In this document: positions 8,907 through 18,292 of the stretch, piece by piece
How positions within the stretch are numbered: the stretch's first letter is position 1
Layout of the letters: each line of letters opens with the position of its first letter
IMG/VR virus record: IMGVR_UViG_3300007735_000711
Coordinates: 1-39,297 of that record
Reading direction: 5' to 3' (one strand)
Length of the DNA: 39,297 bases
Origin: a virus
Lineage: Duplodnaviria > Caudoviricetes
Translations under genes and position numbers: made by a program
Notes under the pieces: model-generated
Told to the model about the DNA's origin: nothing
The model's database searches: none
The model's input: the letters and a program-made list of their open reading frames with translations, nothing else

Positions 8907-10477
8907 GGCTGTACTTTGCCGGGGGATTGAACGAGCTTCAGACCCCTCATATTTTCGAGTGCGGCGAGGGGTACAATTTCGAGCTAGGGCTAAAGCAGTC
9001 CAAGCTGGTCCCCCGCAAGCCCTATGACCTGAAGGGCACCGCAACTAACGGGCTGGCTGTCAATGGGTTCATGCAGCTTGTAAAGCGTGACGATACAGAA
9101 ACCACGCTAGTCCAGGCTGGGGGTACAGTCTACCTGTGGGATGGAGCGTCTACTTTCACCAGCAAGGGGTCTGTGTCCACCAATGCCCGTTTGCGGGACA
9201 CCTACTGGTCGCTTGGTGATTATCTGGTCGTAACGGACATTGCCAAGGCGGAAGTTGTCAAAAAGTGGGACGGCACCACGTTTAGCACCCTGACTACTGG
9301 CTTGGGAACAAACCTTTACGCCAAGTATGGCGTTGTGCATAACGGGCGGGTGTGGCTGTTCAACGTCAAGACCTCGACGGACACCCCGCATCTGATGGTT
9401 GCCAGCGAGTTTGAAGACCCCACAAGCTATGACACCAGTTTAAGGGGTGGCGCTACCACTGACGGCGGCGGATCGTTCTCCACGGGTTTGGAGGCGTTCT
9501 ACATGCTTTCCCCAGACCTTCGGCCCATCAACGGGGCAATGGTCTACTTTGGGCAGCTAATTATCAGCACCGAAGGCGGGCGGCTGTTCAAGCTTACAGG
9601 GACTTCGGCATCCACTTACAAGTGGGTGGACTACTACGCAGGCTCCGGAGCCATTGGAAGCGAGTCCATAGCCGACATCGGTAACGATGTGGTCTACATG
9701 AAGCGTGGCGGTGGAATTGACCGGCTTTCCACGACTGATACATCCGGCGATGTAGCGGCTGATGATGTATCCAGGTGGATACCTAACACCGTATCCAACC
9801 TGTCCGACTGCCTCACGGTGTACGACCAGAAGAATCAAAAGGTGCTGTTCTTTGTGCAGGACAAGATTCTGGTCTTGTTCAAGGATTTGTTGGGCGGGGA
9901 GTTGTCCCCGTGGTCTGTCTACAAGACTTCTGAATCCTTTGCGTTCAATGTCAATGCCGCAAAGTACATGCGCCGTCCTGGGACGAATGAGTATTCCGTC
10001 TATTTTGGGGATGACACTGGGCGAGTGCTGGACCTGAACGGCTCTAATGGTGGCGGGGATGCTGGTACTCAGACGATTAACGTCTATCGCAAATTGCGAT
10101 TTATCTCCAGCGGCGAAGGTGACAAAAGCCCGGTCAACTTCAAAGACAAGATTCTTCAGGGAAATGTGACCTACAGACGCGTAGAAGACCCCTGTGACTT
10201 AACGGTTACATGCGATTGGGGGGATGAGTACAACGAAACGTCCTCGGTGATTCCTCTTAAGGGTGCGCCGGACGGTGCGACCCCGATTTACTTTAACGGG
10301 ATTGGAAGTGGTGCCGCCTACTACGGTGGAACTTACTACTACGGCTCCGGGCAGCAGTTTGCCAACAAGATCAGCTCTCAGAAGTTCTCGCCTACGGGCA
10401 GGGGTCCGGGATGCTTCCTTTCTTTCTCACTGGATACTGCAACGGACTTCCAGATTGACTACGTTGACATCATCTGA
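8903..10477 (+). CDS. Tail nozzle / tail tubular protein B (P22 gp10-like)
   Basis: 524 aa, beta-rich, starts FAGGLNE, contains KKWDGTTFSTL; position after the adaptor. Confidence 0.7.
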   Translation: MRLYFAGGLNELQTPHIFECGEGYNFELGLKQSKLVPRKPYDLKGTATNGLAVNGFMQLVKRDDTETTLVQAGGTVYLWDGASTFTSKGSVSTNARLRDTYWSLGDYLVVTDIAKAEVVKKWDGTTFSTLTTGLGTNLYAKYGVVHNGRVWLFNVKTSTDTPHLMVASEFEDPTSYDTSLRGGATTDGGGSFSTGLEAFYMLSPDLRPINGAMVYFGQLIISTEGGRLFKLTGTSASTYKWVDYYAGSGAIGSESIADIGNDVVYMKRGGGIDRLSTTDTSGDVAADDVSRWIPNTVSNLSDCLTVYDQKNQKVLFFVQDKILVLFKDLLGGELSPWSVYKTSESFAFNVNAAKYMRRPGTNEYSVYFGDDTGRVLDLNGSNGGGDAGTQTINVYRKLRFISSGEGDKSPVNFKDKILQGNVTYRRVEDPCDLTVTCDWGDEYNETSSVIPLKGAPDGATPIYFNGIGSGAAYYGGTYYYGSGQQFANKISSQKFSPTGRGPGCFLSFSLDTATDFQIDYVDII

Positions 10478-10979
10478 TTTCAGGAAACGGTTATTCAAGA
10501 AAAGCCGCCCTTTAGTCAGAAAGCACGAACCATCCGACAACGGCTTCCTGTGGGCCGCATATAAACAAGGTTCGTTTGATCTCCCCCAAGACTTGACGCA
10601 GCAGCAGTTCTTGATCGCTATGGCAAAGCAGTTCGGTTCGTTCCATCTGCTTTGGGTGATTGAGGACGATAACAAGAACTTCCGCAATGGAAGGGGCTTG
10701 GTTGCGTTGATAGGGATCAAAACGGACGGATGGACTTATATCCCTTCGATCTTCTTTTTCCAGTGGGCAACGGTCAAAAACCGGCTGCGCTCTTTTGTGG
10801 GGTTCCTCCAGATGGTGAGATACCAGAAGGATGTGGGCGTTTGCCGGATAGAGAGCCTGGACGACAAGCTGCACAGGCTCAAGAAATACGGGGTTTTGTA
10901 CTTTCGTGGACGCATTCCCGGAGGCTCCCCACAAGGCGATTTATTTCTTTATTCCATCAACGGTAAGAAGGCACCATGA
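10455..10979 (+). CDS. Hypothetical virion-assembly protein
   Basis: Likely TTG start at 10455 or 10464 (the track ORF starts at 10263). Occupies the slot between nozzle and ejection proteins. Confidence 0.55.
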   Translation: MTTLTSSDFRKRLFKKSRPLVRKHEPSDNGFLWAAYKQGSFDLPQDLTQQQFLIAMAKQFGSFHLLWVIEDDNKNFRNGRGLVALIGIKTDGWTYIPSIFFFQWATVKNRLRSFVGFLQMVRYQKDVGVCRIESLDDKLHRLKKYGVLYFRGRIPGGSPQGDLFLYSINGKKAP

Positions 10980-13432
10980 GTCGATACATTATTACCGCTG
11001 ACGGCGAAGGTTTTCTGTGGGACGGGGAAAGCCCCGTTCCTGATGGTGCCAAGCTTTACGACATGAGCGAGGAAGGCGGGCTAATTGAGATTAACCCTGC
11101 TATCGCTACAGACCCCAATCTGGCTTATGGAAATCAGGGGTCGTTGGAGTACCAACTAGCTAGCCTTGGCGGGATGGGCTACAACGGCGGTTTTGATAGC
11201 GCCGGGTTCTCTAATCCTGATTCCGTCGCGTCATTTCTAGAGCAATACGTCCCGGCAGGAACCGACCTATCCGGGGCAATCCAAGACGCATGGCAGCAAC
11301 AGCAGAACCAGTTCGGCTACTGGTCTGGTGCTGATGATCCTGGACAGACTGCGCTAAAGATTCTGGCGCAAGTGGATGACCCGTGGGCACAGCAAGCTAC
11401 ACAGGCAATAGCGTCATCCCCTGAGTTTGCGCAATCCCAATACGCCGGAACCGCTGCGCTGAACTATGACCCCGATGCTGGGACGTTCTACGGGGTGCCT
11501 GGCCCGATAGCCTCTGCTGCCCTTGGAATGGCATTGGGGCCGATGGGGCTTGATTTCGGGGCTATGCTAGGTGGTGGAATGCTTGGCGGTGCAGGGACTG
11601 GCGCACTGTCCTCTGCCATTATGGGCGGTGATCCGTTTATGGGGGCGCTGACAGGCAGCATTGCGCCAGGATTGGGCGAGATGGGCTTGCCCTCGCAATA
11701 CATCCCCCTTGCGTCTAGCTTGGCTGGTGCTGCGATTAACGGCGGTGATTTGACCCAAGGCTTAATGGGCGGGATCAGCGGCACCCTGTCGCAGTTGTCT
11801 CAATCGCCCACTTACAACTACACGGCAGAGGATTCAAACTATCCCTCAGTGTTTGACGAAACCGACGCGGGGATGGCCGAAGCCCTCTCTAATCCGTATC
11901 TGACGCCCGACCTGTTCACGCAAGCACCGACACAGGAACAGCCTAGCTTCACGGCTACGGTGGTTCCTGATGAGCCGCGGCCAACACAACAAGAGGATTG
12001 GAGTTGGGCTGGTGCAAGTGACACGCCTATAAGCCGAGACATTCCAGAGGGGTATTACTACAACGAAGACTACGGCAGGATTTTGCCGAATGGGCATTGG
12101 GTTGATCCCGCCACTGGCAATCCTCGCCCTTGGGATGATTTTGTATATGACGAAAACACCGGCTCATATGTCCTGAAAGACACTTCAGACGTGCCGCCGG
12201 ACTTCACGTGGCAAACCTTGCCGCAGGAACAGGGCGACTTCCCGATTTATCAGCCCTTGCAGGACATGACTGGGTTCAAAGCTCTGGACAGCCCCATCAC
12301 CCAAGCAGCAATGGGCAATTACGCACCTGATCCTGAATCTCTGTATCAAACCGCACAGCCGGAATCCACAAGCTTTCTCACTCAAGATAGCCCGCTCACT
12401 CAAGCCGTGTTGGGTAACTACATCCCCGATCCAACCTTGCAGTTTGATGCACCCCAAACGCTTTACACAGACCTCGCGCCTGACCGCACCCCAGGCGGGG
12501 TAATCGACCTTGGCAATAGCCAATACACCTTGGATAACAATATGTCCGGATTCTATGATTATTACCTTGGGCTAGGCGACACGGATATGACGGGGTTTGT
12601 TACCCCATCGCAACCGCTTCCGTGGGAGGGTGCTTCTAGTGATCCTGGGCAATCTGTCATGGGCGATGCGGCTGTCGGCCCAAGCTTTGACTACATGACG
12701 CCAACCCCTCCGCAACAAGGGGGGATTGACTGGACTAACGGTGGGTGGACTACAAACCTCGGAAACAGCGGTGGAGACATGATCCCCACCACTGCACCGG
12801 CTGGAATGTCCGATGATTTGTGGAAACTGCTGAAGGCGGCTTATGGGGTTATGTCGGGTGCTGGTGGTGCTACTGGGGGTGCTGCTGGCGGAATCCGTCC
12901 GCCTGTAGTTCGTCCGACAATGGGCCAAAACATACTAAATCAAGTCAGAAACGACCCATTTGCAGCGGCTCTCAGTTCCGCCCCGTTCCTTCTGGCGATG
13001 CAGCAGGCCCAATCCCAAAAGAACGACATCCAGCCCTACATTGACAAACTGAACAACTTGCAAGGACAGTTTGCGGGCAATGAGTCGGCCTATATGAAGT
13101 CGATCACAGACCCTTACGACATGCAGACCGCAAGGGGGCAGGGTGATCTAACGCAATCCCTCTCGCAACGTGGAGTATTGGGTTCTAGTTTCGGGAATGC
13201 TGACCTTGCCAACTATGGATACATGCGAGACACCGGACGAGGCAACCTGCTGGCACAAGCCAAGACGCAAGGCATCGGAGCGCAGGGTGGGCTGATTAAC
13301 TCCGCGCTGACTGCGACGAATAACCGGAACCTCGCTGGGAATGCGCTTATCGGCGCGGGATTGGGGGCTGCGGGCAAGCTCTTCCAAACGCAGGAAGACC
13401 CTTTTAACCTGAAGAACCTGCTGGGGGTCTAA
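10976..13432 (+). CDS. Internal virion / DNA ejection protein 1
   Basis: 818 aa; Gly-rich hydrophobic segments, a long acidic low-complexity middle, and a C-terminal LSQRGVLGSSFG motif typical of ejection proteins. Confidence 0.65.
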   Translation: MSRYIITADGEGFLWDGESPVPDGAKLYDMSEEGGLIEINPAIATDPNLAYGNQGSLEYQLASLGGMGYNGGFDSAGFSNPDSVASFLEQYVPAGTDLSGAIQDAWQQQQNQFGYWSGADDPGQTALKILAQVDDPWAQQATQAIASSPEFAQSQYAGTAALNYDPDAGTFYGVPGPIASAALGMALGPMGLDFGAMLGGGMLGGAGTGALSSAIMGGDPFMGALTGSIAPGLGEMGLPSQYIPLASSLAGAAINGGDLTQGLMGGISGTLSQLSQSPTYNYTAEDSNYPSVFDETDAGMAEALSNPYLTPDLFTQAPTQEQPSFTATVVPDEPRPTQQEDWSWAGASDTPISRDIPEGYYYNEDYGRILPNGHWVDPATGNPRPWDDFVYDENTGSYVLKDTSDVPPDFTWQTLPQEQGDFPIYQPLQDMTGFKALDSPITQAAMGNYAPDPESLYQTAQPESTSFLTQDSPLTQAVLGNYIPDPTLQFDAPQTLYTDLAPDRTPGGVIDLGNSQYTLDNNMSGFYDYYLGLGDTDMTGFVTPSQPLPWEGASSDPGQSVMGDAAVGPSFDYMTPTPPQQGGIDWTNGGWTTNLGNSGGDMIPTTAPAGMSDDLWKLLKAAYGVMSGAGGATGGAAGGIRPPVVRPTMGQNILNQVRNDPFAAALSSAPFLLAMQQAQSQKNDIQPYIDKLNNLQGQFAGNESAYMKSITDPYDMQTARGQGDLTQSLSQRGVLGSSFGNADLANYGYMRDTGRGNLLAQAKTQGIGAQGGLINSALTATNNRNLAGNALIGAGLGAAGKLFQTQEDPFNLKNLLGV

Positions 13433-14470
13433 ATGAACAATTTCGGTGATGTTCTCAGGGGGTTGGGTTCTGTCCTGAATCCCCAAGTGATGCAGTCGAT
13501 GGAAGCGGAAGACGCTCGCAAGCAGGCATTGCAGCAGCAGTTCCAGATGCTTGCCGTCAAGAACCAGATGGAGCAGCAGACCCCTGAATATCAGGCAAAG
13601 CTGGAAGCGTTAAAGAATGAAAAGCTTTTCCGTGATGAAGCCGGGGCGGCTAACGGGGACATTACCAAAATAGCAGCAGCCGCTTCAAAATACGGCAAGC
13701 CTGAAATTGCCGCTCAATTGTTTGCCGGTCAAGAATCACGAGCCGCCAGGGCACAACAAGCCTCCGAAGCATTGCAGGCGCGAATCATGCAATCTGAGCA
13801 ATTGCATGAGCAACGCATGGCCAGGCTTCAGACAGACGCAGAAAAGGCAGCAGAGGCGGCAAGGCATAACACTGCTATGGAATGGCTGAAGCAGCAGCAA
13901 GTTGAAGCGCAGAAGGTTTATCAGCAACTGATTGGAAGTATTCGCCAGCAATCCGCAGAGAGTGGCGGCGCTGGTAAAGCCCCATCCGGCTACAGGTGGC
14001 GGCAAGATCGGCCTGGGGTGCTTGAGCCAATACCTGGGGGGCCGGCTACGGTTCAGACTCCAGAAGCTGCCGCTAAAACTGAACTACTGGCAAACGGTAT
14101 TGCAGACGTTGGGCGTTTCCGTGATCTGGTGCTGAAAGATGGCAAGGTTAATCGGGCTTTGTTGGCCGGAATGGCTGTCCCTGGTGGCGGGGTGCCTGGC
14201 ACGGATTCGCGCATGGCGTACTCGTATATTTATAACGCTGTTGAGGCAAAGCTTCGAGCTGAGTCTGGGGCAGCAGTGCCCGAAACCGAAGTGCGCCGAA
14301 TGGCCGCTCGGTTTGTCCCATCACCGTTAGACAACGATGCCACGATAGAAAGCAAGGTTAGTCGTTTGTCTGATTTCTTGGGCGGGTCTTTGGGGCGCGT
14401 GAAGCCGACTGGAGTGCCTGCCAATCCTACAGCATCCGACAAAGATGATCCCTTGGGAATTCGTCAATGA
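13433..14470 (+). CDS. Internal virion / DNA ejection protein 2
   Basis: Gln/Ala-rich coiled coil; KAPSGYRW...LEPIPGGPA and LRAESGAAVPETE motifs. Confidence 0.65.
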   Translation: MNNFGDVLRGLGSVLNPQVMQSMEAEDARKQALQQQFQMLAVKNQMEQQTPEYQAKLEALKNEKLFRDEAGAANGDITKIAAAASKYGKPEIAAQLFAGQESRAARAQQASEALQARIMQSEQLHEQRMARLQTDAEKAAEAARHNTAMEWLKQQQVEAQKVYQQLIGSIRQQSAESGGAGKAPSGYRWRQDRPGVLEPIPGGPATVQTPEAAAKTELLANGIADVGRFRDLVLKDGKVNRALLAGMAVPGGGVPGTDSRMAYSYIYNAVEAKLRAESGAAVPETEVRRMAARFVPSPLDNDATIESKVSRLSDFLGGSLGRVKPTGVPANPTASDKDDPLGIRQ

Positions 14471-16152
14471 ACATAGCCGAAATTCGTGCCAAATATCCGC
14501 AATACAAAGACGTATCTGATGGCGACCTGACCAACGCATTACACAAGCGTTATTACTCCGACATTCCGCTAGACGCGTTTCGAGCCAAGGTTGGATTTAA
14601 ACCGGAAATGGTTGTTGGTGCGGATGGACTGCAAGCCGCTGTAAAGCAAACCGTTCAAGAGTCAGGCCCGCTAACAAACGCTGCCGTTGGGTTTAAGTCT
14701 TCCATAGACGATGCTGCCATGCGCCTGAAGCAGTTGTTTTCAACGCTGACTGATGAGGATAAGCAGGCGATCCAATCTAACAGGACTTTGCGGGATACCT
14801 CGATTGCGGGCTTGCTTGGTTCTATCGGTGGCGATGTTGCCATGACTGCCGTTCCAGGTGCTGGCGTTATTCAGGGCGCGTCTAATGCGGTTAAAGCGGC
14901 CCCTGCTGTTGTTCGGGCTTTGGCCCCTACAGTAGCATCAGCGGCGGTGGGTGCTGGTACTGCTGCGGCTATGCAGCCCGTTCTGGATGGGGAGTCAGGC
15001 GCAAGAAATGCCGCTATGGGTGCTGTAGGCGGCGCGTTGGGCGATATTGCGCCAAGGGTGGCCTCTCGGGTGGTGCAGCCGTTGGCTCAATCTGCGCCCG
15101 TCAAGAAACTGCTATCAGAGGGAATTGTGCCAACTCCGGGCGGTGCGGCTGGAGCAGATAGCTTCCTCGGGAGGGTAGAGCAGAAATTGCAGAGTGTTCC
15201 GATTATTGGCGACCTGGTGAAACGTGGCCGTGATCGCGCTACGGAAGAACTAAACGTTGCTGCCATCAATCGGGCATTGCCCAAAACGGCAAAAGGGCAA
15301 ATTACGGCATCAGGCCGAGAATCCATCACTGAGGCTCATCGCATTGTCTCTGAAGGCTACGACGACGTTTTGTCCCGCATTACGGTAAAGCCTGACATGC
15401 CGTTTATGCGCCAAGTGATCTCAGTTACGAAAGACCCGGAACTGTCTTTGCCGCCAGCCCAACAACAGCGGCTTGTAGAGATTGTCCGAAGCAATGTCTT
15501 AGCCAGAATGAAGAATGGCGAATTGTCCGGAGAGTCTGCCAAAAAAGTGGAATCTATCCTTGGCAGTTTGGGAACTAGGTATTCTCGGGCACAAGACCCG
15601 GATCAGTTGGCTTTAGGCATGGCTTTGCGGCAGATTCAGGGGTCTTTTCGTGAACTGTTGGGCCGGAATGCCGCCGGTGCGGATGCTGCCCTATTGCAAG
15701 AACTGAACAAGAATTACAGTTCTTTGCTTCGCGTTGAAAGGGCGGCTAGCTATGTCGGCAACGAAGGCGGAAAGTTCAGTGCTAATCAACTGCAAAGCGC
15801 AGTTAGAGCACTTGACCCGTCAAAGAATAAGCGAGCCTTTGCGCAAGGTCGGGCACCTATGCAAGACCTCTCAGACGCCGCAAGGCAGACCATAGGCGGA
15901 ACGGTAGCTGATTCTGGAACGGCTGGCAGGATGCTCACAGCTATGGCTTTGGGTGGTGGTGCGGCTGGCGTCAATGAATACATGGATGGGCCTGCGGCTT
16001 TGTCCGCCTTGGCTTTGTCCCCGCTGTTGTATAGCCGCGCAGGGTCAAGATATGCGGTAGGAAATCTTCCGGGACAGCAAGCATTGTCGGGCACACTCAG
16101 AGGACTAGCTCCTTATGCCGCCCTGATAGGGGCTTCTGGCACTAGTCAGTAA
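14467..16152 (+). CDS. Internal virion / DNA ejection protein 3
   Basis: MNIAEIRAKYPQYKDVSDGDL N-terminal motif; Ala/Gly-rich; DSGTAGR near the C-terminus. Confidence 0.65.
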   Translation: MNIAEIRAKYPQYKDVSDGDLTNALHKRYYSDIPLDAFRAKVGFKPEMVVGADGLQAAVKQTVQESGPLTNAAVGFKSSIDDAAMRLKQLFSTLTDEDKQAIQSNRTLRDTSIAGLLGSIGGDVAMTAVPGAGVIQGASNAVKAAPAVVRALAPTVASAAVGAGTAAAMQPVLDGESGARNAAMGAVGGALGDIAPRVASRVVQPLAQSAPVKKLLSEGIVPTPGGAAGADSFLGRVEQKLQSVPIIGDLVKRGRDRATEELNVAAINRALPKTAKGQITASGRESITEAHRIVSEGYDDVLSRITVKPDMPFMRQVISVTKDPELSLPPAQQQRLVEIVRSNVLARMKNGELSGESAKKVESILGSLGTRYSRAQDPDQLALGMALRQIQGSFRELLGRNAAGADAALLQELNKNYSSLLRVERAASYVGNEGGKFSANQLQSAVRALDPSKNKRAFAQGRAPMQDLSDAARQTIGGTVADSGTAGRMLTAMALGGGAAGVNEYMDGPAALSALALSPLLYSRAGSRYAVGNLPGQQALSGTLRGLAPYAALIGASGTSQ

Positions 16153-16294
16153 AGACCCGCCATAGCAAGTCAATCATCATTAAAAGCAAAATCCACCACA
16201 ATCGACCATCTAGTTCTTTGAGTCGCTGGTTTTGCTCTCGCATCTCTGCCACTGCTTCATGCCAGTAAGCTTTTTCTGAGTTTGGACCTTCCAT
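16142..16294 (-). CDS. Small membrane protein, 50 aa (moron-like; not in the ORF track)
   Basis: MEGPNSEKAYWHEAVAEMREQNQRLKELDGRLWWILLLMMIDLLWRVFTD; GGAGG 7 nt upstream of ATG; fills the gap antisense to the late operon. Confidence 0.55.
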   Translation of the reverse strand: MEGPNSEKAYWHEAVAEMREQNQRLKELDGRLWWILLLMMIDLLWRVFTD

Positions 16295-16297
16295 AAG

Positions 16298-16322
16298 ACC
16301 GCCTCCGGCGGTTTTTGCATTT
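16298..16322 (+). terminator. Rho-independent terminator after ejection genes
   Basis: accgcc-tcc-ggcggt stem followed by ttttgcattt. Confidence 0.7.
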
Positions 16323-16350
16323 CGCCACCCAATAATAGGACGTTAATAAT

Positions 16351-17541
16351 ATGGGTTCCAAATATAGCACCCTCTCTGCCTCTGGATACAACTCCAGTCC
16401 TCCCAGCGACAACGGAGCGCAGACCGCTACTAATCTGGTCAAGTGGTCTACCCACAAGACCAAACTGACAGACCCGATAAAAGCCCTTGCGGATGCGATT
16501 AACACCGCTTTGGTCACGGCTTTTGACTACTCGGTTCGGCAGATCACCTCCAATGATTCCACTGTTGCAAACGACCATATGCGCTGCGTGGAGATCGCCC
16601 CTAGTGTAACGGCTGCGGTTACGGTATCCCTCGGGGATGCTGCGACGATGGGGACGGTCTATCGGACGTACATCAAGAATTCATCGGCCAGGAATCAGAC
16701 GCTCAGCAGGGCTACTGGTGGAGACACCATAGACGGCACCGCTGGCGATGTGACTATCCCGCCCGGTGGTGGGGTTATCGTGCAGACGAATGCCACCCCT
16801 AACGGCTATCTGATAGTGGCAAGGCATGGACCTTTGGTGGATTCTGACGCTGTTGCCGTGGGTTCGTCGGACGGCACAAAGAAGGTACGACTGGAAGTGG
16901 ATGGCGTTACTGCTGCCACAACTCGGGTTCTCACGGTGCCTGATTATGACGGGACGATTGCCACCCTTGCGGGCACGGAAGCCCTCACCAACAAAACCCT
17001 AACCTCGCCTACGATACAAGGCACGGTAGCAGCGGGCACCGGCCTGACCCTCCCGGCTCTGACACTTGGTGGGGCGTTGACTGGAGTGATTGATTCTGCA
17101 ACGGGGCAGATCAAATTCCCCGCATCGCAGAATGCCAGCGCAGATGCCAACACACTGGATGATTACGAGGAAGGTACGTGGACGCCAACGCTGAAGGGCG
17201 CAACCACTACAACCTATACAACCCAGGTTGGCCGATATACAAAAATTGGCAGGCAAGTCTTTATATATTGTGACCTGATCATTAACAGCCTTGGTGATGG
17301 GTCAACCACGCTAATCACTGGACTCCCATTTACGGCCAATGCAACCGGCTCTCCGGGTAATTGTGTGAATTACTTTGCCGGAATTGCAATTAGTACGACG
17401 TTTCTAACAGCGGCCGTAGATAACAGCTCTACCGACATCCGATTCGCTGACATGGCCTCTGCTGGCACGACCATGAACGCTAGTTCTGCAATCTTTGCGT
17501 CTGGAGCGCGGGTCAGGTTTTCTATTTCTTATGATGTGTAA
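16351..17541 (+). CDS. Tail fibre / receptor-binding protein
   Basis: Thr/Ser/Ala-rich; LTNKTLTSP and ANTLDDYEEGTWTP...GRYTKIGRQV motifs common to phage fibre C-terminal domains. Confidence 0.8.
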   Translation: MGSKYSTLSASGYNSSPPSDNGAQTATNLVKWSTHKTKLTDPIKALADAINTALVTAFDYSVRQITSNDSTVANDHMRCVEIAPSVTAAVTVSLGDAATMGTVYRTYIKNSSARNQTLSRATGGDTIDGTAGDVTIPPGGGVIVQTNATPNGYLIVARHGPLVDSDAVAVGSSDGTKKVRLEVDGVTAATTRVLTVPDYDGTIATLAGTEALTNKTLTSPTIQGTVAAGTGLTLPALTLGGALTGVIDSATGQIKFPASQNASADANTLDDYEEGTWTPTLKGATTTTYTTQVGRYTKIGRQVFIYCDLIINSLGDGSTTLITGLPFTANATGSPGNCVNYFAGIAISTTFLTAAVDNSSTDIRFADMASAGTTMNASSAIFASGARVRFSISYDV

Positions 17542-17558
17542 AGAGATAAGGGCGAGCA

Positions 17559-17780
17559 ATGGAAATATTCACATTCTTGGGGCCATTGCTCCAAAAACTC
17601 CAAGACCCGGCAGCTTTGGTGCCCTCCGTCTTGTCGATATTTCTCGGCTACCTGCATGTGATCTGGCGCAGGGAAGAGCGGGAGGACCGGCAAAAGATGA
17701 TGGAAGCCTTCAACAAGCTGGTGGAGGCGTTGAACGAGGTAAAGGTAGCGATAGCCGCAGGGACGGGTCGGGCCGTATGA
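17559..17780 (+). CDS. Small membrane protein (holin-like)
   Basis: One hydrophobic helix followed by a charged amphipathic tail; directly after the fibre gene. Confidence 0.55.
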   Translation: MEIFTFLGPLLQKLQDPAALVPSVLSIFLGYLHVIWRREEREDRQKMMEAFNKLVEALNEVKVAIAAGTGRAV

Positions 17781-17914
17781 AGTTTTACAGGTGGTTGATG
17801 CGCGTTCTTGCCCGTCCATGTGAAGACCAGCGGCAGGAGTTCCGTAAAGAACTAGCCCGATTGGAAGCCCATGCCGAAGACATCATCAGAACAGTCCGAC
17901 GAAGCAGAGCTTGA
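17777..17914 (+). CDS. Hypothetical protein
   Basis: ATGA-coupled 45-aa ORF MKFYRWLMRV... Confidence 0.5.
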   Translation: MKFYRWLMRVLARPCEDQRQEFRKELARLEAHAEDIIRTVRRSRA

Positions 17915-18059
17915 GTCATTGCAGGGCGTGAGTGTTTCCGCCTTTGCGTTCGATCCTGACGAAGCTGAGTGGTACATCGTATTTTCCAACGGTAGGAGGC
18001 TCACCCTGTCGGCAATGGGGGATGTGGCCTATTACCATCTCTCGGAGGTTCTACATTGA
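17871..18059 (+). CDS. Hypothetical protein
   Basis: 62-aa ORF coupled to the next gene. Confidence 0.5.
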   Translation: MPKTSSEQSDEAELESLQGVSVSAFAFDPDEAEWYIVFSNGRRLTLSAMGDVAYYHLSEVLH

Positions 18060-18292
18060 AATTCCCCTTGGTGGAAATCCGTTGGGACGATGCCGAAACC
18101 TCGGGAGGGTGGGAGCAGGCGAGCGACTTAAAACCAGTGCATGCGGAAGCCATCACAGTGGGTTTTGTGGTGGCGGAAACAAAAGACCATGTGGTGATTG
18201 CGTCAACCATAGGTGAGGACGGCAGCACAAATGGACGCATTCAGATACCGGTAAAAATGATTTTAAAGCGCCGGATGATGAGGAAGGCATGA
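18056..18292 (+). CDS. Conserved phage hypothetical protein
   Basis: VEIRWDDA...ITVGFVVAET...IP pattern, a recurrent small phage family; GGAGG RBS. Confidence 0.7.
   Translation: MKFPLVEIRWDDAETSGGWEQASDLKPVHAEAITVGFVVAETKDHVVIASTIGEDGSTNGRIQIPVKMILKRRMMRKA

Noticed and set aside
16351-17541. Diversity-generating retroelement or invertible tail-fibre cassette
   Set aside because: No reverse transcriptase, no second copy of the fibre 3' end, and no invertase.
2472-17541. Stop-codon reassignment
   Set aside because: All core genes are full length under the standard code, and TAA, TAG and TGA are all used as stops.
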